From Candidatus Nanohaloarchaea archaeon (GTDB lineage Archaea > Nanohalarchaeota > Nanosalinia > Nanosalinales > Nanosalinaceae), in the NCBI GenBank assembly GCA_041639695.1, contig JBEQBQ010000002.1, positions 869 through 64,868 on the forward strand: DNA of 64,000 nucleotides, read 5' to 3'. Below, piece by piece: positions 1 through 10,221 of this stretch. The notes beneath the pieces were generated by a model. The model was not told the origin of the DNA. It made no database searches and saw nothing but the letters and a program-made list of their open reading frames with translations. How positions within the stretch are numbered: the stretch's first letter is position 1; the number at the start of each line of letters is the position of its first letter. Both the position numbers and the translations under genes were made by a program.

Positions 1-1789
1 CACGTCCCAGGCCGTACCTCCAAGACGTTAATACCGGGCTTCCTGAGCTCGAGGTCGCAAGCAAGTCCGCCCCGTTCTTAGGTTTCACCGGATCAAATCC
101 TGTAATCGTGCCTTTAGGGTTAAGGCCTTCGGTAATCATATGGTTTGGATCAGTAATCACTATGCTTTCGGCTTCCTTGGAGGCTCCGCCAGCTTTGAAA
201 CGTGTAGTTAGCCGGTTATTGTTTTCTGCGTTAAACGGCATGTACTGGTCTCCAGACCTTGTAAGACTCTCTAAGAAGTCATCGTTAGGGTTTCCTGTGC
301 CGATAATTATCAGCCGGGAATCCAGATTTTGTACAGCTCTTCTTGTCTTGCCTGGCACGCCCTCGTTCCTTTCCTTGGGACTTAGCTCTCCTGGAGTGAT
401 CCAGATTATGTTTCCTTCTCCGTCCATAACCCTATCTGCGTATTTTAAGCCATAGTGGTGAGGAGCCCAGCCGCGGATCGAGTAGTCTGATTCAAGCTGT
501 CTCTTCAGGTTTGAACGGTGGGAGGAGTCAAGTGCTTTAGGCCGACTGAACTTCACCAGCTGCGGACCATCAAAGTTACCTTTGTAAGCTACCGCTCCGA
601 CCTTGTTGTTTGATGGAAGCCCGACTGGAGGGCGGTGAATTAGAGAATAGGCGATTCTAAGCGCTTTCTGCGTCGAGTTCTGTGAGCTTACCTCAACGCC
701 TGAACCAAGGTCGCCCTGTCTCTGTGCGTATTGGGAACCGCAGATCGCGCCAGAACAGTCTGAAGAAGTATGGGATATATCAAAAACGATCATTATCTTT
801 GAGCCTTCTGACTCCTTGGCTTCCTCAGAGTACCTTGCAGGCAGCACAGAGTTTTGTTCTTCGTAGGCTCCTGTATATACTAGGCCGTTTCCTTCTGCTA
901 GGTAACTGTTTAGCTTGGATTCATCAAACTGTCTCTTTGCGATAACCGCATAGTATTCTTCCATGTCTTCAGGTATGCTTGAACGGTACTCGAGCTCGTA
1001 AAATCTATCAAGTTCATCGGACATAGAGCCTTCATCGCCCAGAACCATTACCTTAGGTTTCTCAACCACTTTAACCGTCTTGTAGAAAACGTTGTTCGAA
1101 CTGAACTCGTCGTCAACGCTGATTGAAGCCTTAATTCTGTGTGAACCTTTCTCATCAAAACTCTTCGTAAACCTCCATGAACCATTCTTTACCTTTTCTA
1201 GATCAGTCTTCTTCCCGTCCACAAGCACTTCCGGTCTCTGAGGGTTAGAGGTCGAACTGACTTCTACGGTAAAACTGTTTTCGGCTCCCGGCACGGTAGA
1301 GCTAGGGCCTTTAACTGATACAGCGGATTCGTCTTCTGTGTCTGTCTTAAGCAGGTTTAGACTGGCGTTTCGCTGCCGTATTTTTCCAGCAATATCTTGA
1401 AGTGGTGAGGAAGATTGGAGGTCGCTGACAAGAAGGTAAGCCTGATTCTCACCTATATTACGGCTTAAACCGCTTTTCAGGTCAGAGTTGTTGCCTGAAG
1501 CGATGACTTTTCTGTTTACTTTCACTTCCTCGAAGCTCAGGTTTGCCTCATCCATTACCGACATAGAAGTTGAACCGTCCTCGAGTATGGTCAGCTGTGG
1601 CTGTTTGGAAAGCTCTTCTTCGCCAGTAACAAACGGGGAGGCTGCTGCAACAGCCAGTAAGAGAATGGTGAGTGTTTTCGTGATGCCGACTATTTTCTTG
1701 AATCGGCCCTTAGCTCTTATGGTGGTAATTAATGCGGGAACCGCTAAAACTCCTAAAACAAGGAATAGCGGGTTTTGAATTCCTACCAT
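1..1789 (-). CDS. BatA-type N-terminal TM / vWA-like membrane protein, 3' end lies beyond the window edge
   Basis: Manual minus-strand translation from ATG at 1789 (MVGIQNPLFLVLGVLAVPALI...) stays open to position 1. The start overlaps the upstream stop as ATGGTAG. BatA-like N-terminal TM motif; ...VLTSWRYGLGR at the edge. Not in the ORF track because it is truncated. Confidence 0.55.
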   Translation of the reverse strand, partial: MVGIQNPLFLVLGVLAVPALITTIRAKGRFKKIVGITKTLTILLLAVAAASPFVTGEEELSKQPQLTILEDGSTSMSVMDEANLSFEEVKVNRKVIASGNNSDLKSGLSRNIGENQAYLLVSDLQSSSPLQDIAGKIRQRNASLNLLKTDTEDESAVSVKGPSSTVPGAENSFTVEVSSTSNPQRPEVLVDGKKTDLEKVKNGSWRFTKSFDEKGSHRIKASISVDDEFSSNNVFYKTVKVVEKPKVMVLGDEGSMSDELDRFYELEYRSSIPEDMEEYYAVIAKRQFDESKLNSYLAEGNGLVYTGAYEEQNSVLPARYSEEAKESEGSKIMIVFDISHTSSDCSGAICGSQYAQRQGDLGSGVEVSSQNSTQKALRIAYSLIHRPPVGLPSNNKVGAVAYKGNFDGPQLVKFSRPKALDSSHRSNLKRQLESDYSIRGWAPHHYGLKYADRVMDGEGNIIWITPGELSPKERNEGVPGKTRRAVQNLDSRLIIIGTGNPNDDFLESLTRSGDQYMPFNAENNNRLTTRFKAGGASKEAESIVITDPNHMITEGLNPKGTITGFDPVKPKNGADLLATSSSGSPVLTSWRYGLGR

Positions 1790-3477
1790 TCTAGCTCACC
1801 TATTCGGTAAAGATATGCCATTTCCAAAACGACTAACAAGGCCAAAAGCGTTGCTACAAGGTTTTGAATATTTCTTTGTTCAGTTCCTTCATCAATATTA
1901 CTTTTAGTGGTTGTGCGAACTGTTTCTTCTGATGATTCGTCCTCACTTTCAAGGTTAGCGGCATAAGTCTTTCCTGAGCTATTGTAGAAGCCTGCCTCGT
2001 TTAAGTCCTGCAGTTCTCCATTAACCTCAAGTTGTTCGCCTGTTTCAAGATTAAGCTGGCTGGTAGAAGGCCGGTCAACAAGTTCTCGGGTAATCTGCTT
2101 CCAGAAAACCGGGTAAAGAAAGTCCTTGTTGAAGTCGTCATCATCTATGTTGTAAACTAGGATTTCGCCTTCTCCTAGGCTGGCACGGACGAGAGCATTT
2201 GAACTCGCTGTTAAACTTTCTCCTCTTGTCCGGTTCACCTTGATTACACTGGTCTCGCCTATATCTATTCGTCTAGGTCTCCGTATCTCAACTGCTATAT
2301 CTCTTGATTCGCCTGTTTTTTCAATTGGAAGCGATTCAATACCTAGTTTCAGGCCGGTTTCCGCATAACTAATCATGGCTTTTCCGTTCTTAGTCTGTGA
2401 TTCTATCTCCGAAACTGTTTCAGATAATATGTTATTTGAGTCGCCGAGAATATAGACGTCGGAGTTCAGTTCTTGCTCGATCGGAGGCTGCAGCCTTTCA
2501 AAATCCGTGAATTTGATTAGATCGAAGGTCTTTCTCATGTAAGGATTCTCCTCATCCGAAATCAGGGTAACCTGGTAGTTCTCCTGGCTGGGGTAGAAGA
2601 AAAAGGCCTTGTTATCCGCTTCAAGATCATCTCCGGGAAGAGAAAATCTGTTTTTGCCTTGTTTCAGCTCAAAATTCACTGTGCCTACAGCTCCCGGCTC
2701 TATCCTAACCTCTTTCGTAATATTATCGCTTTCTACTGGCAGCTCTCTTGTCGAGTTCTCAAAGTTTTTGACGTCAATTGAAACGTTTTTCCCGTTGTCC
2801 TCGATTCCTGTGATGCCCCACGAGTTTGAATCGCTGGCTTCAAATACTTTCACGGTTCTTCCGCTATCTCTTAGCTGCTCAACTACTTCCGAAGCATCCT
2901 GACTGTTCACAGTCTGATCGAGATCGCTTGCGACTATTATAGGGCCGGCATATCTTGAAGCTATTTCGAGGGCGTTGGCAATATCTGTTTCAGTATCTCC
3001 AGAACTTATCTGATCTATTTCAGAACTTGTGCTGGAGCTTGGAGCTTTTTCTAAAGGTATGTCGGCTGATTCTGCTACCTTGATCAAAGTGTTTTTAGGC
3101 CCTAGGTTCGATTTGGCAAAGCTCTTCGCAGCTTCTAAATCGTCTTCCATGCTGGCTGAACTGTCAAACACTATAACAGCTCTGTCAGAATTCGCTGGGG
3201 CGTTCAAAAATGGGTCTGCGATCGCTGCAGCCATCCCCAAAATTAAAAGTATGTGAAAGAGCAGCAGGAGGTTTCTGAGGAATGTTCTGAGAGCTGTTCT
3301 TGCTTTTCCTGACTTTCTGTCCTTCATGAAGAACATTATTGACGGCATTACCTCCTCATCTGGTTTCTTCTTCACCAGATAGAAGATTATCAGTGGTATT
3401 AGTGCCAGAGCTGCCAGGAACCCTTCGGGCTGAAGAAAGTAATTGCTCAAGAATTGCTGTCCTGGTACTGCCATCAA
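1783..3477 (-). CDS. BatA-type N-terminal TM + von Willebrand factor A domain membrane protein
   Basis: 564-aa ORF. N-terminal FLQPEGFLAALALIPLIIFYLVKKKP (BatA_N-like), MIDAS-like VIVFDSSASM, C-terminal TM helix. Confidence 0.6.
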   Translation of the reverse strand: MMAVPGQQFLSNYFLQPEGFLAALALIPLIIFYLVKKKPDEEVMPSIMFFMKDRKSGKARTALRTFLRNLLLLFHILLILGMAAAIADPFLNAPANSDRAVIVFDSSASMEDDLEAAKSFAKSNLGPKNTLIKVAESADIPLEKAPSSSTSSEIDQISSGDTETDIANALEIASRYAGPIIVASDLDQTVNSQDASEVVEQLRDSGRTVKVFEASDSNSWGITGIEDNGKNVSIDVKNFENSTRELPVESDNITKEVRIEPGAVGTVNFELKQGKNRFSLPGDDLEADNKAFFFYPSQENYQVTLISDEENPYMRKTFDLIKFTDFERLQPPIEQELNSDVYILGDSNNILSETVSEIESQTKNGKAMISYAETGLKLGIESLPIEKTGESRDIAVEIRRPRRIDIGETSVIKVNRTRGESLTASSNALVRASLGEGEILVYNIDDDDFNKDFLYPVFWKQITRELVDRPSTSQLNLETGEQLEVNGELQDLNEAGFYNSSGKTYAANLESEDESSEETVRTTTKSNIDEGTEQRNIQNLVATLLALLVVLEMAYLYRIGELEW

Positions 3478-3523
3478 CTAATAATTGAGCAGGGGGTTAT
3501 AAACAAGTTTTACCAGTCCAGCG

Positions 3524-6235
3524 TTACTTTTCCTCTATCCTTTCCATCACCTGTTCGTGCAGGTTCTGCAACCGCTCCTTCTTATCCTCCATCTTAACCA
3601 CGTCAGTTGAACCCTGGAGCAGGAGGTTGTGTGAAAACGGCGAAGGAATGTCGGAGTCGATTACCTCAAAGCTTATCTCCCCATCATCGATCTTACCGAC
3701 AACTTCTTCCGTATGTTTGATGTCCATCGCATCCTCCATAATCTCTCTATAGGTTTCTTTGACCATCGGAAAGTCTTCTGAATGCTCGTTCCTGATAGCG
3801 GAGAGGAGGAAATGTCCTTTCATCTGCTGCTGTCCCACGGTCTTCGAGTTGCCTCCGTAGTTCCTTAAAATCATTAGAGATCTTCCTGCTACATGTCTAA
3901 ATCTTCTTTTCATCAGCTCGGTTTTACCAACTGCATCCTTCAGTTCTTCTTCTAGATCGCAGTTAGCCAGTTCCTCCATCAACTTATCTATGTCGATAGG
4001 TCTTCTCGGAGTGATCAGGATAAAACCGTTGTCGTCTATAACCATTCCGATGTTCGAGCTTACGCGTTTCTGGAGTAGATGTGCCATGATACGGGCCATC
4101 GCATCGTGAGTTCTTCTGCCGTAGATGGTGTGGAAGATAAAGTTCTGCCTGTTATCCTCGTCAATATGCTTCTCGACTGTGATATCCTCATGTGTAGATA
4201 CTTTGCCGAGGAACTGTTTCTGTTGTTTGATGTAGCTGTAGATTGCCTCGGCAGTGTTCTCGTCGAGATAGTAGTTGTGCATTATCCACTGGATGATGTC
4301 ATTATCTCCAGCACCGAGCTCAAGCTGCTCAGCCACCTGTTTCCTGAATTCGCCTATCTTGACACCCAGATCATATGATAGAGGCAGTCTTTCCGAGTAC
4401 CAGGAGGGAACTGTGGGAGAGGCGTTCGGCTTGGGGTCAACGAAAACTTTCATTCCTTTTGCATAGCTGAACTTGTAGGTCGATCCTCCAAGCGTGAATA
4501 TGTCGCCTTTGGTTAATCTGTCAAGGAACTCCTCATCTAAAGTACCGACATAGCTTCCTTCGCCTCTTGTCTTAACGTCGTAACCGGTTTCATCCGGGAT
4601 CGTACCTATGTTTGTCATGTAGATTACTCTAGTCATCTTTCCGGAACGCCCAAGCAGGTTTTCCTCACGGTCTATCCAGATCTTTCTGTAGACGTTTTGG
4701 TCCTCCAGTTCGTATTCGCCGCCCAAGTACTTCAGAACGTCATTATAGTTGTCTCTAGAAAGGCTTCTGTAGCAGTAGGATTTCCTGATAACGTTGAATG
4801 CGTGGTCTAGATCCCATTTGTGGTTGCACGCCATGCCGACCATGTGCTGTGCTAAAACGTCGAGGGCGTTTTCTGGTATCTGTATCCTGTCAAGTTCATC
4901 TTCTTTCGCACACTTCGTAAGTACTGAGCATTCTAAGGCGTCGTCTCTATCGTTTACAATCATCTTGCCTTTTGCTTTCTCTCCTATCTGGTGGCCTGAA
5001 CGTCCAACGCGTTGAATGCCTCTGGCAACACCTTTAGGAGAGCCTATCTGGATTACCAGGTCGACGGAGCCGATGTCAACTCCGAGCTCAAGAGAAGTAG
5101 ATGTTACGCCTACTTTCATCTCTCCTTTCTTCAACTTTTCTTCAACTTCTAGTCTTTTCTCCCTTGACATCGAGGAGTGGTGGGCTCCTATGTTCTCGTC
5201 GTAATACTCCGGAAACCTGTCCTTTAGGTTGTTAACAACTCTTTCTGTCGCGCTCCTCGTGTTTGTAAATATTATTGTGGATTCGTGGTCCTGCGCCAAG
5301 TTGTGAATCTTGTCGTACATCGCCTCATTCACGATACCAGGGTCTTCGTTGATCAGATCCCTTACAGGCGAGACAGTTTCCAGATCTATCTCCTTTGATG
5401 CAGCTACATCAACAATATTACAGCCTCTGGTCTCGTATTCGTCTTCTCCGGCTTCCTCGGCCGCAGTAACTTCTTCATCGTACTCAGTTATTGTGGTGGA
5501 CGTGTTTTCTTCTACTTCGTAGCCAACAAGGTATTTCGCGATCTCGTCTATCGGTGCCTGTGTTGCAGATAGACCTATACGAGTAAAATCGTTGTTCGCC
5601 ATCTCCTGCAAACGTTCCATAGAAAGAGAAAGGTGGACGCCTCTCTTATTCTCCGAAATAGAGTGAATCTCGTCGATAATTGTGTACTTAACGTTCTTCA
5701 GCTTCTCCTTGAATTTAGGTGAATTAATCAGTATGCCCAGTGTCTCAGGCGTGGTAATCAGGATGTGAGGCGGTTTATCAAGCATCTTAGACTTTTCTGC
5801 ATCTGTCGTGTCTCCAGTCCTTACAGCTGAACGCACTTCAGGAACATCGTAACCCATCTCCTCCGCCTTTTGCTTTATACCGTCGAGAGGTTCCTCCAGA
5901 TTACGTTCGATATCGTTTCCAAGAGCTCTAAGTGGAGATATATAGAGAACATAGACCTCATCATTCAGTTCTCCTTCATCCCCCATCATGAAAAGCTCGT
6001 TCAGGCCGGACATGAAAGCGCTTAACGTTTTACCGGATCCTGTAGGTGCACAGATCAGGGAGTTCTTGTTTTCGTGTATAAGATTGAAAGAGAACTTTTG
6101 GGGAGGGCTTAAAGATTCAAACTTTGAGTTAAACCATTCCTTGACGTAGGGTTCAAAGTCTTCCGGCAGTGTTTCTGAAGCGTCCCCCTGATCTACAAAT
6201 TTTATCTGGCTCATATCCCAACGTGTGGAATACAA
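3524..6235 (-). CDS. lhr: Lhr-type ATP-dependent DEAD/DEAH-box helicase
   Basis: 903 aa. APTGSGKT Walker A, DEIH, LSATQ, VGRSGH motif VI, long C-terminal DEAD-associated region. Confidence 0.85.
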   Translation of the reverse strand: MYSTRWDMSQIKFVDQGDASETLPEDFEPYVKEWFNSKFESLSPPQKFSFNLIHENKNSLICAPTGSGKTLSAFMSGLNELFMMGDEGELNDEVYVLYISPLRALGNDIERNLEEPLDGIKQKAEEMGYDVPEVRSAVRTGDTTDAEKSKMLDKPPHILITTPETLGILINSPKFKEKLKNVKYTIIDEIHSISENKRGVHLSLSMERLQEMANNDFTRIGLSATQAPIDEIAKYLVGYEVEENTSTTITEYDEEVTAAEEAGEDEYETRGCNIVDVAASKEIDLETVSPVRDLINEDPGIVNEAMYDKIHNLAQDHESTIIFTNTRSATERVVNNLKDRFPEYYDENIGAHHSSMSREKRLEVEEKLKKGEMKVGVTSTSLELGVDIGSVDLVIQIGSPKGVARGIQRVGRSGHQIGEKAKGKMIVNDRDDALECSVLTKCAKEDELDRIQIPENALDVLAQHMVGMACNHKWDLDHAFNVIRKSYCYRSLSRDNYNDVLKYLGGEYELEDQNVYRKIWIDREENLLGRSGKMTRVIYMTNIGTIPDETGYDVKTRGEGSYVGTLDEEFLDRLTKGDIFTLGGSTYKFSYAKGMKVFVDPKPNASPTVPSWYSERLPLSYDLGVKIGEFRKQVAEQLELGAGDNDIIQWIMHNYYLDENTAEAIYSYIKQQKQFLGKVSTHEDITVEKHIDEDNRQNFIFHTIYGRRTHDAMARIMAHLLQKRVSSNIGMVIDDNGFILITPRRPIDIDKLMEELANCDLEEELKDAVGKTELMKRRFRHVAGRSLMILRNYGGNSKTVGQQQMKGHFLLSAIRNEHSEDFPMVKETYREIMEDAMDIKHTEEVVGKIDDGEISFEVIDSDIPSPFSHNLLLQGSTDVVKMEDKKERLQNLHEQVMERIEEK

Positions 6236-6238
6236 TCT

Positions 6239-7087
6239 TTAAGACTCTGGGGCGGCAAACTTACCTGCTAGTAACCGGAAAATCACGGCAGAGAGCGCTG
6301 TAAAGACGCCTACTAGAGGGTGGAGTGAATAGAATCCTAGGGCGATTACAGGTACGAGTAGAACCAAGTTGTCTGTGAGGAAGCCACTCAAGTTCCTGGA
6401 AACATCCTCAACCATCTTATCCGTGTCAACTTCAGTTCTCGAACGGTTTGTCAGTCTTTCAGGTACTTCTTCCTTAGCTTTAGAGAAGGCGTCGAAAAGA
6501 GTGATATTTGCGTCCCGGGAGAAATCGCCTGATGCATTTCTTACATACTGCTCGGTAAGGCCGATAGAGGCTCTACTTGTCTGCTGAATTGCTTTATTAC
6601 CGGCATCTCTTTGTGTCTGCATTATGCCTGAAGCATCCAGAACCTTGGATGTCTGATCCGACATAAAACCGGTTATCGAAGATTCAACCTTGTTCTCGAA
6701 AGAAGGCTGTGTCGAAGCCCCTACAAATATGCCTGCGCCAAGTAAGACGCCTATTGTAAGCATCGGAAGGCTTACGGCTCCATAATAGTCCTTGAAACTG
6801 TTTCCGCTGGCGAAAATGGACGTAAATATGTTGCCTAGAATTATGATGATGGCTATTGGCGCTAGTTTTTCTATAAGTAGGAAAGGAATTGCGAAGACTG
6901 CAAGAAGCGAAGAAAAGTGAAAGCTCTCGCTAGATATGAAGGCGGTATAGCCGAAGAGGAACGCCACAGGTACTAGAAATACTGCTGTTACAATTTTTGA
7001 TGGATTGAATAGGTATGCGGATGAAAGGGCCAGCATAACAAGGCTGAATTCTGCAACATACTCTAGGTAGTCGTCCTCTAGTCCCAT
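6239..7087 (-). CDS. multi-pass membrane protein, function unknown
   Basis: 282-aa ORF with several hydrophobic helices flanking a polar central segment; packed 4 nt downstream of the helicase gene. Confidence 0.5.
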   Translation of the reverse strand: MGLEDDYLEYVAEFSLVMLALSSAYLFNPSKIVTAVFLVPVAFLFGYTAFISSESFHFSSLLAVFAIPFLLIEKLAPIAIIIILGNIFTSIFASGNSFKDYYGAVSLPMLTIGVLLGAGIFVGASTQPSFENKVESSITGFMSDQTSKVLDASGIMQTQRDAGNKAIQQTSRASIGLTEQYVRNASGDFSRDANITLFDAFSKAKEEVPERLTNRSRTEVDTDKMVEDVSRNLSGFLTDNLVLLVPVIALGFYSLHPLVGVFTALSAVIFRLLAGKFAAPES

Positions 7088-7116
7088 TACTGTACATAAA
7101 TTTTAAAGGTTCAAAT

Positions 7117-8052
7117 TTAAACCCCGATGGTCTCCGAGATAAACGATTCGGCGTGCCCTGGATCCTCTGCTTCCACTATAGCTCTTCCAGAACGAAAGAT
7201 TGTTAGCTCTCGACCTTTAATCTCTGCCCTAATAAGGTAGTCGTTCTCTGCCAGCACTTTTCCAGAATTCTTGACTTTTTCAAATGCTTCTTCCCCGAAG
7301 TCTTTCCTAACTTGGTACTTGTTCTGGCCGCAGACTGTTGAAACGTTCTGCTTTGAATTTATTTGTTCAAATTCGTTATCGTCACAGACTTTGCATCCCT
7401 GGCTTTCTATCTCGTACTCTGATCCATCAACGGTCTCCAAAGTTTCAGCCGGCGACAGGCCTGAAAGAAACCTAACGGCTTTCATCGTGCTCATAGATGC
7501 GGCTATCGTCGAGATCTCTCTGAGGATCCCTGCTGATTCACAAGTGTCAAGAGTTCCCGGTCTTACCTTTTCGAAGATGCAGTTAAAGCAGTTTGAATCT
7601 AGGAACATGGAGTAACCTTTTTCCCCTATTGCGGAGGTGTAAATCCAAGGTGTCCCGGTCTTTTTCGAGTACTCGTCTATTAAGAACCTTGTCTCCATGT
7701 TGTCCGTTCCATCTACTATGATATCAACTTCTTCAAGTTCACCGATATTTTCTGAGTTGAGGGATTCGTTGAACATCTGGACTTCCGTAAACTTTTCGAG
7801 GTATTTTCTGGCGGCAACTGCCTTTGGAAGTGATTTTTCGCAATCTTTAGGTGTGTAAATGTTTGATGAGTAGACATCATTTTCTTCGAGGTAGTCTCTG
7901 TCGAAAATAACCAGGTTGACTCCATGTCTTGCTAAATGTTCGGCTATGACAGAGCCGGTGGCGCCTAGCCCTATAACTGCGGCCTTCGAATTCTGCAGTT
8001 TTTCGAGTTCTTCTTCCCTGAAATTTTGAAGCGCCTTGAAACGGCTGTACAT
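7117..8052 (-). CDS. ThiF/MoeB/HesA-family E1-like adenylyltransferase
   Basis: 311 aa. AAVIGLGATGS nucleotide-binding loop near the N-terminus and two CxxC pairs (CFNC, CKVC), typical of E1-like enzymes. Confidence 0.7.
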   Translation of the reverse strand: MYSRFKALQNFREEELEKLQNSKAAVIGLGATGSVIAEHLARHGVNLVIFDRDYLEENDVYSSNIYTPKDCEKSLPKAVAARKYLEKFTEVQMFNESLNSENIGELEEVDIIVDGTDNMETRFLIDEYSKKTGTPWIYTSAIGEKGYSMFLDSNCFNCIFEKVRPGTLDTCESAGILREISTIAASMSTMKAVRFLSGLSPAETLETVDGSEYEIESQGCKVCDDNEFEQINSKQNVSTVCGQNKYQVRKDFGEEAFEKVKNSGKVLAENDYLIRAEIKGRELTIFRSGRAIVEAEDPGHAESFISETIGV

Positions 8053-8118
8053 ACGGTTTCAACAGCTTTGGAAGCTTTATTAAGCTGGCGGAGACATCAA
8101 TACTCTAGTGGTTTAACG

Positions 8119-8946
8119 ATGTTATCTCTTCCCGCACAACTCACAGGAAGCTATGCCTTACTAGGCTTCTCTATATCTCCCCAAATCATACTTGTAGCGC
8201 TCCTCGTGATATTCTCCGGATGGGTCGTCAACAAGATATCCAACGTACTGATTCAGAGAGCTGTAAAGAGAAGGGGCGGTGACGTGCATGCCGCGGTAAC
8301 CGGTAAGAAAATATCTGCCTATGTAATCTATTCACTTACTTTCGTGGCGGTCCTAGGCGTTTTTGGCGTCCCACTGACATCTCTAGGCGCAGTAGTCGGG
8401 CTAATAGGATTAGGACTGTCTTTCGCCTTGAAAGACATGATCGCCAACTTCATATCCGGCGTGCTAATCCTGGCGAACGGCGAGTTCAAGATAGGAGACC
8501 AGATAGAGGTTGCAGGAGAGGAAGGAACAATTAGAGACATTAAAATTCGTGCAACAGACATGAAGACATACGATGGACGAAAAGTAATTGTTCCGAACTC
8601 TCATCTGTACAGTAACGTAGTAATTAACAACACAGCCTACGACGAGAGAAGATTTGAGGTAATTGTAGGTATAGGTTATGATGACGATATCGACAAGGCG
8701 AAAGAGCTTGCACTTGAATCATTAGAGGAAGCTGAAGGTGTAGAAGCCGATCCAGAACCACAAGTCCTAGTGAATGAGCTTGGAGGTTCCTCTGTAAACC
8801 TTAAGCTGAGAGGATGGACAAAGCCAACTAGAGCCAACCAGGTAAAATCCTCTTCGGAAGTAACCAAGATCGTGAAGGAGAAGTATGACGAAGCCGGAAT
8901 CGACATTCCTTACCCCATCAGAACGGTCTACATGAACGAGGAATAA
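8119..8946 (+). CDS. small-conductance mechanosensitive channel (MscS family)
   Basis: MscS core FISGVLILANGEFKIGDQIEVAGEEGTIRDIKIRATDMKTYDGRKVIVPNSHL. The ORF is open from 8026, but ATG 8119 avoids overlap with the divergent ThiF start. Confidence 0.8.
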   Translation: MLSLPAQLTGSYALLGFSISPQIILVALLVIFSGWVVNKISNVLIQRAVKRRGGDVHAAVTGKKISAYVIYSLTFVAVLGVFGVPLTSLGAVVGLIGLGLSFALKDMIANFISGVLILANGEFKIGDQIEVAGEEGTIRDIKIRATDMKTYDGRKVIVPNSHLYSNVVINNTAYDERRFEVIVGIGYDDDIDKAKELALESLEEAEGVEADPEPQVLVNELGGSSVNLKLRGWTKPTRANQVKSSSEVTKIVKEKYDEAGIDIPYPIRTVYMNEE

Positions 8947-8969
8947 AGCGGAGTCAGGTCTCCTCAACT

Positions 8970-9272
8970 CTATTTTGTTTCTTTCTTAATCCATTTCTCA
9001 AATTCCTGATTTGCATCAGCCTCAATAGCAGCAATACAAGGTATCTCATATGGGTGTAGTTCTTGGATTCGACTCTTTAGGTTCTCTACAGTTTCTTCTC
9101 TGGTCTTGAATATCGCGGCCTCCTCCGCTTCTTCGTTTAGTTCTCCCTGCCACCAAAATATTGAGTTGATCTTAGAGAAATTAACTCCTGCCGCAAGCCT
9201 TTCTGAAACTACCTTCTGAGATATTTCTCTGCATGAATCCTCATCAGGGAAAGTCACATAAACAATATTCAT
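8970..9272 (-). CDS. cutA: divalent-cation tolerance protein CutA
   Basis: 100 aa. CutA1 pattern ...RLAAGVNF..INSIFWWQGEL...EEAAIFKT...HPYEIPCI. Confidence 0.8.
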   Translation of the reverse strand: MNIVYVTFPDEDSCREISQKVVSERLAAGVNFSKINSIFWWQGELNEEAEEAAIFKTREETVENLKSRIQELHPYEIPCIAAIEADANQEFEKWIKKETK

Positions 9273-9359
9273 AGGTAGAAAAGAAGTGTCTACATGTTTA
9301 ATGTTGTCTTACTGGGCGGTTACCGGGTTTTTCTTAAGCCTTCTATCTAAACCAGTTGT

Positions 9360-9671
9360 ATGCCAACAGATATTGATTCTGAGAAGATGGAGAATATCAA
9401 AAATTCCGGAGATACGTGGGTAGTTGATTTCTGGGCTGAATGGTGTGGACCATGCAAGAAACTGGCTCCGCGCTATGAAGAAGCGTCCGAAGAGATCGAA
9501 TCAGTTAACTTCGGAAAAGTTGACATGGAGGAGAACCAGCAGATCGGAACCTCCGAGGGCGTAAGAGCTCTACCAACACTCGTGATTTACAGGGATGGTG
9601 AAGAGGTTGCGAGGAAAAGCGGCTTGATGAAGAAAGATGAACTTAAGAACTGGATAACGGAGAACGCCTAA
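9360..9671 (+). CDS. trxA: thioredoxin
   Basis: 103 aa. WAEWCGPCK active site and ALPTL cis-Pro loop. Confidence 0.85.
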   Translation: MPTDIDSEKMENIKNSGDTWVVDFWAEWCGPCKKLAPRYEEASEEIESVNFGKVDMEENQQIGTSEGVRALPTLVIYRDGEEVARKSGLMKKDELKNWITENA

Positions 9672-10168
9672 AGATAATCCGTCCAGTCAACGTCTCCAAA
9701 ACCTGTTTCCCCGCTTTCTATCTTATCTATTATCTCGTCTGCGACTCTTACCGCATTTTTATTCGTGGTCTCGATCTCTACAACGTTTTTCTGTTTTCCA
9801 ACGGCCTCTGAAAGAACAACATCAAGTATTTCTGATTCAACGTTCTCCTCGATCTTCTGCTCAGAATAATCGCGTTCAGAAAGCCTTTTTCTAAGCTCTT
9901 CTGGATTGCATCTCAGGACTATGCAGAAGTCTGCTTTAAAATGGTGTGCTAGATGGCCTTCAACCACTACATCTTTCTGCATGTCAACCTCTTGCTCTAG
10001 TGTTTTGACCATCTCGGGTATATCGACTTCGAACTCTTCCCCTGGCTCTCCTAGCCCTCTTTCTTTCACGAACTCCGTGAGATCAATTATCTCAAAACCT
10101 TTGTCCCCCAGGCTCTCTGCAATAGTTGTTTTGCCTGTTCCGGGGGTTCCGGTTAAAGCTATAATCAT
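9668..10168 (-). CDS. Fap7/AK6-type adenylate kinase-like nucleotide kinase
   Basis: 166 aa. MIIALTGTPGTGKTT P-loop at the extreme N-terminus, with size and layout of archaeal Fap7-like kinases. Confidence 0.7.
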   Translation of the reverse strand: MIIALTGTPGTGKTTIAESLGDKGFEIIDLTEFVKERGLGEPGEEFEVDIPEMVKTLEQEVDMQKDVVVEGHLAHHFKADFCIVLRCNPEELRKRLSERDYSEQKIEENVESEILDVVLSEAVGKQKNVVEIETTNKNAVRVADEIIDKIESGETGFGDVDWTDYL

Positions 10169-10221
10169 AGTTTCAAGGAGGGATTGGAAAGAATAAAAGG
10201 TTGGTTTCCGGATCTTTAGGT

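Noticed and set aside
4079-5522. Several 60-100-aa plus-strand ORFs inside the Lhr helicase gene
   Set aside because: Antisense to a well-supported 903-aa CDS. Low-complexity S/L-rich translations.
7716-8062. Alternative-frame minus ORFs 7716..7925 and 7877..8062
   Set aside because: They lie inside or overlap the ThiF-family CDS in other frames. Basic composition is unlike the proteome.
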